Assembly: GCF_003704095.1 (NCBI RefSeq)
Contig: NW_020845872.1
Span: 1-64,000 of the forward strand
DNA: 64,000 bases
Origin: Pocillopora damicornis
Lineage: Eukaryota
Direction of reading: 5' to 3'
Shown: positions 1 to 10,367 of the stretch, piece by piece
Layout of the letters: every line of letters starts with the position of its first letter
How positions within the stretch are numbered: the stretch's first letter is position 1
Notes under the pieces: model-generated
What the model saw: only the letters and a program-made list of their open reading frames with translations
Database searches by the model: none
Told to the model about the DNA's origin: nothing
Position numbers and translations under genes: made by a program

Positions 1-224
1 GACACTGTTGTTCGCTTTGGAAATAAAGTTTGTTTTGAAAATTGAAAGTAAGCATAGTCAAGGCTTCTCTATTTGTTAACTAATACATGAGCGTAGGACG
101 AAAGCGCATTCAGCGGGAAAATGTGAAATACATTCAGTCTCGTGTTGCTTCCATGAGTTTTGTTTCATAAGCGGCATTTTTGACAATGATCATAACCTCC
201 TCATCAATTCTACTTCCTCTACAG

Positions 225-939
225 AAGGACATCGTGTTCTACGATAACTACCAAGCCATCAGTGGTGATGCCCCAAATTGGCAGGCCTACCTCATCAAAC
301 AACCCTACCTCCTTTGGCTCAGAGATCACTCGACTCACTGGAGAGCTACTTGCCGATACAACACAGATGGCACCGTATACACAGATTACCTGAGAGCCTC
401 GCTTGAGGACTTTGACATTATTTTGCCAGTCGAAGATTAACTCAGTCCACGGTTTTAAACAGCTCCTTTATTGAATCATGCTTGTAGTAGTCGCGTTCAA
501 AATCCAGTGGTGTCTCACAGTTCTTCTGACTAGCAAGTCGTAATGCAGTGAATTACGTTTATGACGTCATCACGTTATGCGATTAGTATTAATTAATTGA
601 AAATTGTGGCCTTAATTAGCTAGCGCAGTGGATAACATATTAAGCAATACAGACATCATTAGAGACGTACCCTTGAAAGGAGACACCTGTCGACCTTACG
701 AATATGTCAACATCCGGGGAAATGAGTGTGTGAATTGCACTGCATACACAGGGTATAAAAAAGGTAGTTATCCTCTGCATGTCGACTCTTATTTTAACCC
801 TCGATCCTGCGATTTCGACGCAAGCAAGACGGCCATACTTAGCAAGGACAACTTTGGAAAGTACGATTCTACAAATCCCAAATTCCGTTGTACCTCAAAC
901 TCGAGTGATACGACTCAGTTCTGGATCGGAGGCAAATAG
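225..939 (+). pseudogene. Last exon of PAN/EGF/fibrinogen-like gene, copy 1, interrupted by an insertion (5' exons lie outside the window)
   Basis: Acceptor ctacag|aaggac at 225. The translation matches 5130-5606 closely (NWQAYLIK..HWRATCRY..QFWIGGK) but is split at 419-651, giving an early stop at 438-440. Confidence 0.75.
419..651 (-). mobile_element. Solo-LTR-like insertion (233 bp) with 5-bp target-site duplication GACAT
   Basis: GACAT at 414-418 and 652-656, whereas the paralog has a single GACAT. The minus strand starts TGTATTGC, contains AATAAA and ends GCAAAATA (imperfect terminal inverted repeat). Confidence 0.65.
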
Positions 940-1294
940 TACGCTGACTAAACAACACAGTTTTGTGGATCCAATGATGATTTGTCAGTTGGTATTTGAG
1001 AATTAATGAGACTGAGCGTGAAACTAATGGACCATCTGACAAAGCTGGCGTCATTTTGCTAGTTTTTAATGTGGAACTCACGTAGGAAAGATTAGATCCG
1101 TTGNNNNNNNNNNNNNNNNNNNNNNNNNNNNNNNNNNNNNNNNNNNNNNNNNNNNNNNNNNNNNNNNNNNNNNNNNNNNNNNNNNNNNNNNNNNNNNNNN
1201 NNNCTTACAGATTTTCGTGTTTAATTTAGCTTATTATACTTCCTTGTTAATTTTCATTGTAGCGTAGCAAATAAATACACGGAAAAATTATGTA

Positions 1295-1701
1295 CAGTCG
1301 AACCTGTATTGAGCGGCACCGTATTAAGCAGTCACTCTGTATATTATGCGGGCTTTTGGCGAAATTATCTCCCCTTAAACAACGTAATGTTCCTCAGTCA
1401 CCTCTACTGAGCGGTCGTGCTTATCCTTTACTCAACGGTCCCAACGGTCTGTTTGTATTGTCTTAGACCTCTATTGAACGGTCAGTTCTGGCAGAACCAC
1501 TCGGAAAAAACTGAGAACAAGCTTTCCGAAGTATATTTAATCCATGTTTATCGCCCGAAATCAATGCTAGCAGTATTTTTGAGCTTGTTTTTGTACGTTG
1601 AGTGGTCCATTATGGCATAAATTAGCGTTTTTCTACCGTTATTTACAATACCCCTATTCTGTGGAACCTGTATTTAGCGTCAACCTGTAGTAAGCGGTCA
1701 T
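1295..1701. mobile_element. Tc1/mariner-pogo-type MITE, right end deleted
   Basis: Starts TA-CAGTCGAACCTGTATT; homologous to 6470-6903 and related to 61347-61660. Confidence 0.6.
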
Positions 1702-2044
1702 TCGAGATCGAGAATCCTGATCGATGGCAAATTACATCCATTTTTATCTGGAACCAAACGCTGTCTGCATATATCTTATGCTGAAGTTGGGGTCTGGTTC
1801 CGTTGGAGACGGTTATCACTGAACTATTTTTCGTAGAGGCAATACACGAAAGCGACCAAATGCAACCATTTTTGGTGAGAGCATTCCGGAAAAATTGTAA
1901 AAGCAATTGCTTCTCAGGTAGGGGTGACCGATATTTACGGTAAAATGCATTTGAACTAGTATTTCAGTTTCTGATCATACAAAATAATCATCACATTGTG
2001 GGTGACACTGACAGATCGTATTTTTCACGATCAGATTGCTCGAG

Positions 2045-2610
2045 ATGTCGGAAAACGATCGCTTAATTACAGAAACAAGGGGAATTCAACACACTCGAAT
2101 AGCAGTAGAAGATGTTTGTCGGGCTTTCAGAGTTCAAAATACAATATACGCTTACTCAAATCACTTCATTACGCAGAGCCGACCGTACTTTCGACGACAG
2201 CTACCGACTTACATCGACTGCGTATGCTTTCTGTGGTGGGCGATGTTTTGGGCGCCTTGGCTTGGTGCCTTGGCTCACAAAGGAGGTTATTACAAAGGTG
2301 TACCATTTTACTGTTTCTCTGATTGTGTAATTTTCATTGGAATCTTCTGCCAGCACGAGATTGTCAACAGAAAATCGCTTCGGATTGTCTTGACACAGCC
2401 TGTTCTCGACGGGCAACAGAAGTTAAACGCGCTGTACGAAGTGACAGTCACAGAATTGCAAGGAATGGCTCTACAAAATTACCGGGCTGGAATTGGGTTC
2501 GTTCATGTGTCGGAAGGAAAAGTGAAATTCCAAGCCTTTAATCGCAAAGCTGAACAGGCGATGATCTGTGCAAGAAAGACATCACGATGCATGCTAATTC
2601 TTTTCCTCGG
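2045..2610 (+). CDS. Uncharacterised multi-pass membrane protein, copy 1 (3' end lost in gap)
   Basis: ATG at 2045 after a probable 5'UTR intron (cag|gtaggg ... tcag|attg). The ORF is highly similar to 7733-8371 and runs into Ns. Confidence 0.6.
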
Positions 2611-3325
2611 NNNNNNNNNNNNNNNNNNNNNNNNNNNNNNNNNNNNNNNNNNNNNNNNNNNNNNNNNNNNNNNNNNNNNNNNNNNNNNNNNNNNNNNNNN
2701 NNNNNNNNNNATTTTTGAAACGGCTAAATTCTGCTCACAAATTAACTGACATTGAATCTGATGAGCTTGCACGGTAAAGGCTATTGTCATGATATCAATA
2801 ATTGAAAATACTTCCTGTTTTGTCCGCCAGCATTTGACTGCCAAATAGAGAAGGCGATATCTTGAATAAATAAGCAACTCAAGAAGGACACACGAGAAAC
2901 ATGTTTTGCTCGAGTTGGGTGTGGAAACGTGCCAGATCACTTCAACATGTTAGATTGAGTATAAACACTATCTGCTGCAAAAACTAGCCAAGGTTATCTC
3001 AAATGTGTTTTAAACAGCACGTTCGCAGTTTTGGAAGGAAGAAATTTGAAGTTATATCTTTATGCGTGGGAGGTGGTACTGAGCAGAACATCTGCATCTT
3101 ATTATTTGTGCGCAATAATTAAACAAATCCATTTTATCACTTGTTTTTGTCAATTTTCCGAGCCTTGAATATTCGTATTGTGAAGTTATTTTCTGTGACT
3201 CATTTTATTGGTTTCTTACACGTTGATTGACACATAGGGATGGGCGATATTTTAACTAAGTAATCTGCTCAAGAACGACATTATGAGAAACATCGTTCCC
3301 CAGGCGGGGTGTAAAAACGATAAAA

Positions 3326-5606
3326 ATGATGGTTGCAAAGTTTTTTTGTATACTTATTTCAGCTTTTCAAGTGAAAGGCTTCTGCTCCGCTAGAAAATGT
3401 AAAAAGATCTCTTTTAATGAGCAACAAGACGCCTATCATGACAAAGAGCTTGTCGGCCATGTCTTTCACAATTCTGTGAGTTCAAACTCACAGCAGTGCT
3501 ATCTGAAGTGTATCAACGACTGTCGATGTCTGTCGATAAACTACAAGGTCAAGAACGACATCAAATACTGCGAGTTGAACGAAGGCAGCCATTTTACAAA
3601 CAAGGACTCTCTGAAAAACATCCACGGAAGCGTTTACTACGTACTGCGGAGAGAATACTCCACTAAAGTACCAAACTTTATTATGTAATAAGGTTTTTTG
3701 AACGCGAATGGTTTTCAGTCCTTATCTTGGCATAAAAGTTCATTCTTTTCTTTTAATTTGATATTGAGGAAGCTTCTACCTGACGATAGATTACACAAAT
3801 CTGAATCATTTCAATTAAAGGCACTATTCTGCAGTGTAAAATGCTTCTTCATCCCGTCAAAACTTTTCTTTCTAATGGATGGTAATGTTATTCCTAAAAG
3901 TATTTAAAATAAATTATTTTCTTTTATCTTTTAAACTTAACGTAACTGCTGCCACCTGAAACTTTGGGAAATTTTAATTGATTATTACGAAAAAGCAAAA
4001 ACTGGAAATGGAACTGAAAGAAATACATATTATATATATATGTGTGTGTGCGTGTGTGTGTGTGTATATTTGTATATATATATATATATATCTGAAAGTT
4101 GGACACATCAATGAGACAACTTTTCTGTGACTCTGAGTTTCACGCTTACGCGATCATCAGACGGATTTTGAAGTTTGCAAGTTCCTTTTTTATTCGGGTA
4201 TTGAAGGTAGAGAGATTTCCTCTTTTAATGGAATCGAAGTTAAAAACTTAAAAAAAAATTATAGAATTTCAGGGACGAAAGAAAAATTCAATCACAGAAT
4301 TAATCCTGGCAGATACTTTAGCTTCTCACCTGCGTGGATCATTTTTTAACTTTGCACTCGTGTTACAAGAGAATGCCCTCGTTTTCAGCCAATCAGAAAC
4401 GCGTAGTTATTTTTTCCATATACATTTTTAGGTTCCTACCAACATTGTTCCTTGTGCTGATGACTTCACGTGTACCAATGGCTGCTGTAAGAACAATCCT
4501 TGTCTTAATAGAGGAACCTGTACTGAGATCTGTCAACCCACAAGTGTTCGGTACAATTGTTCCTGTCCTGTACCGTTTTTTGGAAAACACTGCGAGATTC
4601 AGCAGAAAAGAAGCTGTCAAGATTTCAAAGCAGCCGGGTCCACCGCCTCTGGATTGTATACAGTTAACAATGACAATAATCAAACCTTCCAGGTGTTCTG
4701 TGATTTGGATTCAGAGCCTGGGTTCGCTTGGAACCTGATTGAGTCGTTTAGCTTATCCAACAAACATCGTTTTCAGGTATTTGCTTTCTCTTTAAATCCT
4801 CTACAAATATCTAATACATGAGCGTAGGACGAAAGCGCATTCAGCGGAAAAATGTGAAATACATTCAGTCTCATGTTGCTTCCATGAGTTTTGTTTCATA
4901 AGCGACAGTTTTGACAACGATCGTACACAGTTGACGATGACAATAATCAAACCTTCCAGGTGTTCTGTGATTTTGACTCAGAGCCTGGGTTCGCTTGGAA
5001 CCTGATTGAGTCCTTTAGTTTATCCAACAGAGATGGTTTTCAGGTATTTACTTTCTCCTTAATCTTCTATAAATATCTAGAACGTGAGCGTAGGACGAAA
5101 GCGCATCACCAATTCTACTTCCTCTGCAGGGGGACATCGTGTTTTACGATGACTACCAAGCCATCAGCGGTGATGCCCCAAATTGGCAGGCTTACCTCAT
5201 CAAACGACCCTACCTCCTTTGGCTCAGAGATCACTCAACTCACTGGAGAGCTACTTGCCGATACAACACAGATGGTACCGTATACACAGATTACCTGAGA
5301 GCCTCGCTTGAAGACTTTGACATCATTAAAGACGTACACACGGTGGTAGACACCTGTCGACCTTACGAATATGTCAACATCCGGGGAAATGAGTGTGTGA
5401 ATTGCACTGCATTCACAGCGTATAAAAAAGGCATTTACTCTCTGCATGTCGACTCTTATTTTACCCATCGGTCCTGCGATTTCGACGCAAGCAAGTCGGC
5501 CATAAATGACGAGGACAACTTTGGAATGTACAGTTCTACAAATCCCAAATTCCGTTGCACCTCAAACTCGGATGATACGACTCAGTTCTGGATCGGAGGC
5601 AAATAG
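3326..5606 (+). CDS. Secreted PAN/Apple + EGF + fibrinogen-related-like domain protein (exons 3326-3667, 4432-4776, 5130-5606)
   Basis: Hydrophobic N-terminus; PAN-type CYLKCINDCRCLSINY..CELN; EGF CKNNPCLNRGTC..CSCPVPFFGKHCE; FReD-like RSCQDFK..SGLYTV..FQVFCDF..AWNLI. Phase-0 GT-AG junctions join in frame. Confidence 0.85.
4026..4091. repeat. (TA)n/(TG)n microsatellite
   Basis: Direct inspection. Confidence 0.9.
4125..4164 (-). ncRNA. Minimal type I hammerhead ribozyme motif (Penelope-associated)
   Basis: Minus strand CCGT-CTGATGA-TCGCGTAAGCGT-GAAAC-TCAGA-GTC-ACAG: intact CUGAUGA and GAAA boxes, short stem II, GUC cleavage triplet; next to a TA microsatellite. Confidence 0.65.
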
Positions 5607-6469
5607 TACGCTGACTAAAAAACACAGTTTTATAGATGGTGATAAATCTGTTGGTATTTGAGAATTAATAAGAGTGAGCGTGACACTAATGGACTATCCG
5701 ACTGGGGTCATTTTGTTAGTTTTTAATGTGGAATTCACGTAGGAAAGATTAGATCCGTTGATAAAATGTAGTAAGATAGTTACACTACCACAATTTTTCA
5801 AGGTAAACTTTCTAGCAATATAAGCAAACAAGTGAGACAAAAATTACGTAGGTGTTCCAAAATTCATCTGACAATTTATCGATCCTGGATATACCATTAT
5901 TTATCTTACGGCATTAATGTAAGAGGCCAGGCTGCAAAGACTTATATTAAGAAACCAGTTGTCATCTATCATCGAAGGGGGGAAGGGGGCGGAACATTCT
6001 CAGAGGGGATCAGTCGTTACCAACAGAGTATAAAGGGAAGATTCTAGAAAGTTTACAGCGAATTAACTACCAATGAGGAGGATGATTTCTCTTTGGTGGG
6101 ATCAGGTAAATTTTACTGCGACAACCACGTCCAATACTGTTCCAATAAATATGCTTTATTTTAAATCCATTTCAGTTTTAATGCATGGTAGTTTAAACAA
6201 GTTAACCTGATGCAGTATTTCTAATCTTTTTTAGTTTAATGGGAAAGGACGAATACGTTGGCTTACCTACCTTTATCAATTTTCAAAGGATTTGAAAAGT
6301 AAATTAACTGTTCATCGCGTGCGTTTTAAAAAAATTGTAAATTTTACAAGCCTCGTGGTTTCATTCAGGTTTCCTCGCCTTGTAGATTTTCGTGTTTAAT
6401 TTAGCTTATTATACTTCCTTGTTAATTTTCATTGTAGTGTAGCAAATAAATACACGGAAAAATTATGGA

Positions 6470-6903
6470 CAGTCGAACCTGTTTTGAGCGACACCGTATT
6501 ATGCAGTCACTCTGTATGTTATGCGGGCTCTTGGCGAAATTATCTCCCTTAAACAACGTAATGTTCATCAGTCACCTCTATTGAGTGGTCGTGCTTATCC
6601 TCTGCTGAGTCCCCACGGTCTGTTTGTATTGTCTTGGACCTCTATTGAACGGTCAGTTCTGGCGGAACCACTCAAATAAAACTAAAAACAAGCTTTCCGA
6701 AATATATTTACTCCATGTTTATCTCCCGAAATCTACGCCAGCAGAATTTTTGAGCGTTGAGTGGTATATTTTGGCATAAATCAGTGTTTTTTTACCGTTA
6801 TTTGCAATACCCCTATTCTGTGGAACCTGTATTTAGCGTCAACCTGTAGTAAGCGGTCATTCCGCCATTCTCCATGGGTGACCGCTCAATGCAGGTTTGA
6901 TTG
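6470..6903. mobile_element. Tc1/mariner-pogo-type MITE
   Basis: Terminal inverted repeats CAGTCGAACCTG ... CAGGTTTGATTG. Confidence 0.65.
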
Positions 6904-7732
6904 TGCATTCTTAGTCTTCCTCTGCAAACTAAAATCCTAAAATCACCAAAATTAGCGTGGTTCGAGATCGAGAACCCTGATAGATGGCGAATTATTTCCA
7001 TTTTTATCTGGAACCAAACGCTGTCTGCATATATCTTATGCTGAAGTTGGGGTCTGGTTCCTTTGGAGACGGTTATCACATCAACCCATTCGCTAAATTT
7101 CTACGAAAAATTCCTTTTTTTTACTGACGTTTTCGATTCTGGGCGTTGCCTGCCTGAACTATATTTCGTAAAGGCACGACGGGAAGGTGACCAAATGCAA
7201 CCATTTTTGGTAAGAGCATTCCGGAAAAATTGTAAAAACAATTGCCTCTACCAGCTCGTAAATCAGCGAAATTGAAATCTTCGTAAATGAAAATCATGTC
7301 AACTGGATTCTCCTTTATTGATTATGTGATTGGCAATGATCACCAGCTAAAAAACAAGTCGCTTTGACGATCACACTGGTACACTTTTCGAAAAGGGTCA
7401 GAAAACTGTTTATTCTGGCGTTCACTTAACAGTAATCTCCTACGTGAATAATGCTTGCGTGACAAGCCGAGAGAGCCCTGAGAACTAAATATTAGATTAA
7501 AAAAAGTACTTCCTTTCCGCGAAAACTACCAACTTTCAGGAGCCGCGAAATATTGGGTATTCTAATTCATCTTTACTCGAGGTTCCGATCTTCAGGTAGG
7601 GGTGACCGATATTTATGGTAAAATGTATTTGAACTAGTGTTTCAGTTTCGGATCATAAAATATAATCATCACATTGTGGGTGACACTGACAGATCGTATT
7701 TTTTCGTATTTTTCGCCATTAGATTGCTCGAG

Positions 7733-8371
7733 ATGTCGGAAAACGATCGCTTAATTACTGAAGCAAGGGGAATTCAACACACTCGAATAGCAGTAGAAGA
7801 TGTTGGTCGGGCTGTCCGAGTTCGAAATACAATGTATGCTTATTCAAATCACTTCATTACGCAGAGCCGACCGTACTTTCGACGACAGCTACCGACTTAC
7901 ATCGACTGTGTATGCTTTCTGTGGTTAACGTGGGCGATGTTTTGGGCGTCTTGGCTTGGTGCCTTGGCCGACAAAGGAGGTTATTACAAAGGTGCACCAT
8001 TTTACTGTTTCTTTGTTTGCGCAATTTTCATTGGAATCTTCTGCCAGCACGAGATTGTCAACAGAAAATCGCTTCGGATTGTCTTGACACAGCCTGTTCT
8101 CGACGGGCAACAGAAGTTAAACGCGCTGTACGAAGTGACAGTCACAGAATTGCAAGGAATGGCTCTACAGAATTACCAGGCGGGAATTGGGTTCGTCCAT
8201 GTATCGGAAGGAAAAGTAAAATTCCAAGCCTTTAATCGCAAAGCTGAGCAGGCGATGATCTGTGCAAGGAAGACATCACGATGCATGCTAATTCTTTTCC
8301 TCGGCTCTGCTTGTTTTAATTTTTATTTTATGATGACTTCCTCGCTGGGTCTTGCGTTTTCAAGAGAATGA
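7733..8371 (+). CDS. Uncharacterised ~212-aa protein with about 3 hydrophobic segments, copy 2
   Basis: Intact ORF conserved between the duplicates. Hydrophobic stretches CVCFLWLTWAMFWASWLGAL, FYCFFVCAIFIGIFC and MLILFLGSACFNFYFMM. Upstream UTR intron ends cattag|attg. Confidence 0.65.
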   Translation: MSENDRLITEARGIQHTRIAVEDVGRAVRVRNTMYAYSNHFITQSRPYFRRQLPTYIDCVCFLWLTWAMFWASWLGALADKGGYYKGAPFYCFFVCAIFIGIFCQHEIVNRKSLRIVLTQPVLDGQQKLNALYEVTVTELQGMALQNYQAGIGFVHVSEGKVKFQAFNRKAEQAMICARKTSRCMLILFLGSACFNFYFMMTSSLGLAFSRE

Positions 8372-9542
8372 TCAGAATACGGTAAATTGAGTACTTTCAA
8401 AATGATATTTTGGTATACAAATCACTTTGTTACCCTTGAAACGTTATACTTCGGTGAGAAAACTTTATACTTGTAGATGATGTAAAGCAGTGTTGCGTTA
8501 TATGTCACTTGGTTTGTCACGCGATGCCCGCTCTTTTTCACGCGGCTCACCTTTATGCTGTGTTACATTGAGAGGGCCAGGCTCGAATAATTTGGATGTT
8601 TTGGTTACTACTAGATAAAATACGCGTACGAAGAATTCAGAGTGGGGGGATGGTGGCATAAGGAGAGTCTACAACTCCAATTTTCTCAGTCCATGACCTT
8701 TTCCTGATCAATCGCTTTTGCAAGCATCACGTGATGTCCCGTGACAGAAATGTTTTCGCTGTGACTAAGGAGAGTTCATCGTTGACTTGTCTTTTTATTT
8801 CTCAGTACAATTTTTTAGTCCAATTGTATTTCTTTCCCTTTATTAATCATTTATTAGAAAAATGCGTTCGATTTCTAGTAAAACAGTAATTTTGATTGTA
8901 CTGATTGCCCAGAAATAGTCAGGGAAAGAGGACTTGTGATGTGCTCAGTTTCAGGCTGTGTCATGAACCTTATCGCAAGGAACCAAAAGTAAGAATAGGC
9001 AGACTTTTTATCTGATTGGTCGAGATAGTCAAGCGCCCAATCACAGAACGGGGAAAATCAATACTAAAGCAATCCAGATGAACTTTCGACAGTGAATTGA
9101 GAAACCTTTAATACACAGTTTGAAAAAAAAATTATTTGAGAGTAGACACCCATGTGAACTGTAACTTATTTACAAATATTTATATTAGAAAATCTTCAAG
9201 AGATTTTACATGCAAAGTAGACGATGCCCCAAAGATAGGTCAGCTATGGGTCACGCACACTTAAATGATTTAAAGGCGATTTCTTTCCGCGCATAAAAAT
9301 CAAAGTGTCACTTCGGGAAAAGATTTCGAACAAGTTTGCACGAATAACATGGGGGTGAAGAAAGTCGAAAAAGTATTGGAACTTCTGGAAGTCGTGCGTC
9401 GATATGAGTATGATTTACTGAGTTACTGATACAAGCCAATCAGTAGATCAGTTTGAAGAGCCTGCTGTTTAGTGACAATATGAAACTTAACGATCAGCTT
9501 CGATTCCTTACTTCTCGACGGTTTTGTTTGAACTGATAACAA

Positions 9543-10367
9543 TCAAAAACGTTTTCTCAAAACTCGAGCAAATGTCCTATCTTTTCGAGTCGCATCAGTT
9601 CCTTCGCTGATGCCATCCCTTCGTTTGGGATGCGAGTTTCTCTCTACACGTGCCTCTTGTTTCCCATGTCGACGTACTATTACCGGCCGCACAACTGAAC
9701 GCTGATCTTCGTTCAGCGTTTTTAACTGCCGGGAAAGGCTTACCGCTGCTTCTCTGGCACCTTCTTGTATTGGTGTCAACTTTGTTTGTCTGGGGGACCC
9801 TTTCGCTTCTCTCGGTGTTGGGATCATTTCTTGGTGTTGTGGTTTTTTCTGTTCCACATAAACATACTCTTTTCCAACTCGACGTCTGCCTTGCCTAAGC
9901 TCACCCGTATCAAACTGGCCCCTGGAGGAGTAACTTGTGCTGGGTACTTGACTTAACTGGCGTTTGGAATAACGCTCCGAGGTATCTGCCTGCTTCATAT
10001 GTAGATAGACTCGCGCTTGATAGTGTGAGAAGGAAACCTCCGTGTTCCTTAGCCTTTCTTGGGGCACCACGTTTCTATAAATTCTTTTTTCTTCTTTAGG
10101 TTTTGAAGTCATTTCAGGAGACGTTGGTCTGTTAAGCATTTGATCCTTGCGTGGAAAGGAAATTTGCGCCGTTCCTAGAATATTATTACGACAATGATAT
10201 CGCGAGAAACGCAGCATAGCCTTATTGTCAACCTGTGTTGGGGAATTCGTCTGCTTTAGGTCGTAGCATGGTTCTGAACGATCAGTTAAACCCCACATGG
10301 CCTCTCTACTCTTCTTGAAAGTTTGGCATAACTCAAGCATGGAAGGAAGTTCTTGACGGCCTTTCAT
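9543..10367 (-). CDS. Uncharacterised intronless, basic, likely disordered 274-aa protein
   Basis: Long ATG-initiated ORF in AT-rich DNA, R/K/Q/S-rich, no recognisable domain. Confidence 0.6.
   Translation of the reverse strand: MKGRQELPSMLELCQTFKKSREAMWGLTDRSEPCYDLKQTNSPTQVDNKAMLRFSRYHCRNNILGTAQISFPRKDQMLNRPTSPEMTSKPKEEKRIYRNVVPQERLRNTEVSFSHYQARVYLHMKQADTSERYSKRQLSQVPSTSYSSRGQFDTGELRQGRRRVGKEYVYVEQKKPQHQEMIPTPREAKGSPRQTKLTPIQEGAREAAVSLSRQLKTLNEDQRSVVRPVIVRRHGKQEARVERNSHPKRRDGISEGTDATRKDRTFARVLRKRF

Larger units (their letters stand above)
80..8304. repeat. Tandem segmental duplication (about 80-2610 vs 4810-8304)
   Basis: Collinear, highly similar exon, 3' flank, MITE and membrane-protein ORF occur in both copies, with indels. 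N gaps at 1104-1203 and 2611-2710. Confidence 0.9.

Noticed and set aside
2503-2940. ORFs running through N gaps (also 21204-21425 and 31733-32074)
   Set aside because: Their length is inflated by the 100-N placeholders.
7733-8371. Membrane protein as STING or a SLATT-type effector
   Set aside because: Only the hydrophobicity pattern is suggestive; I recognise no diagnostic residues.
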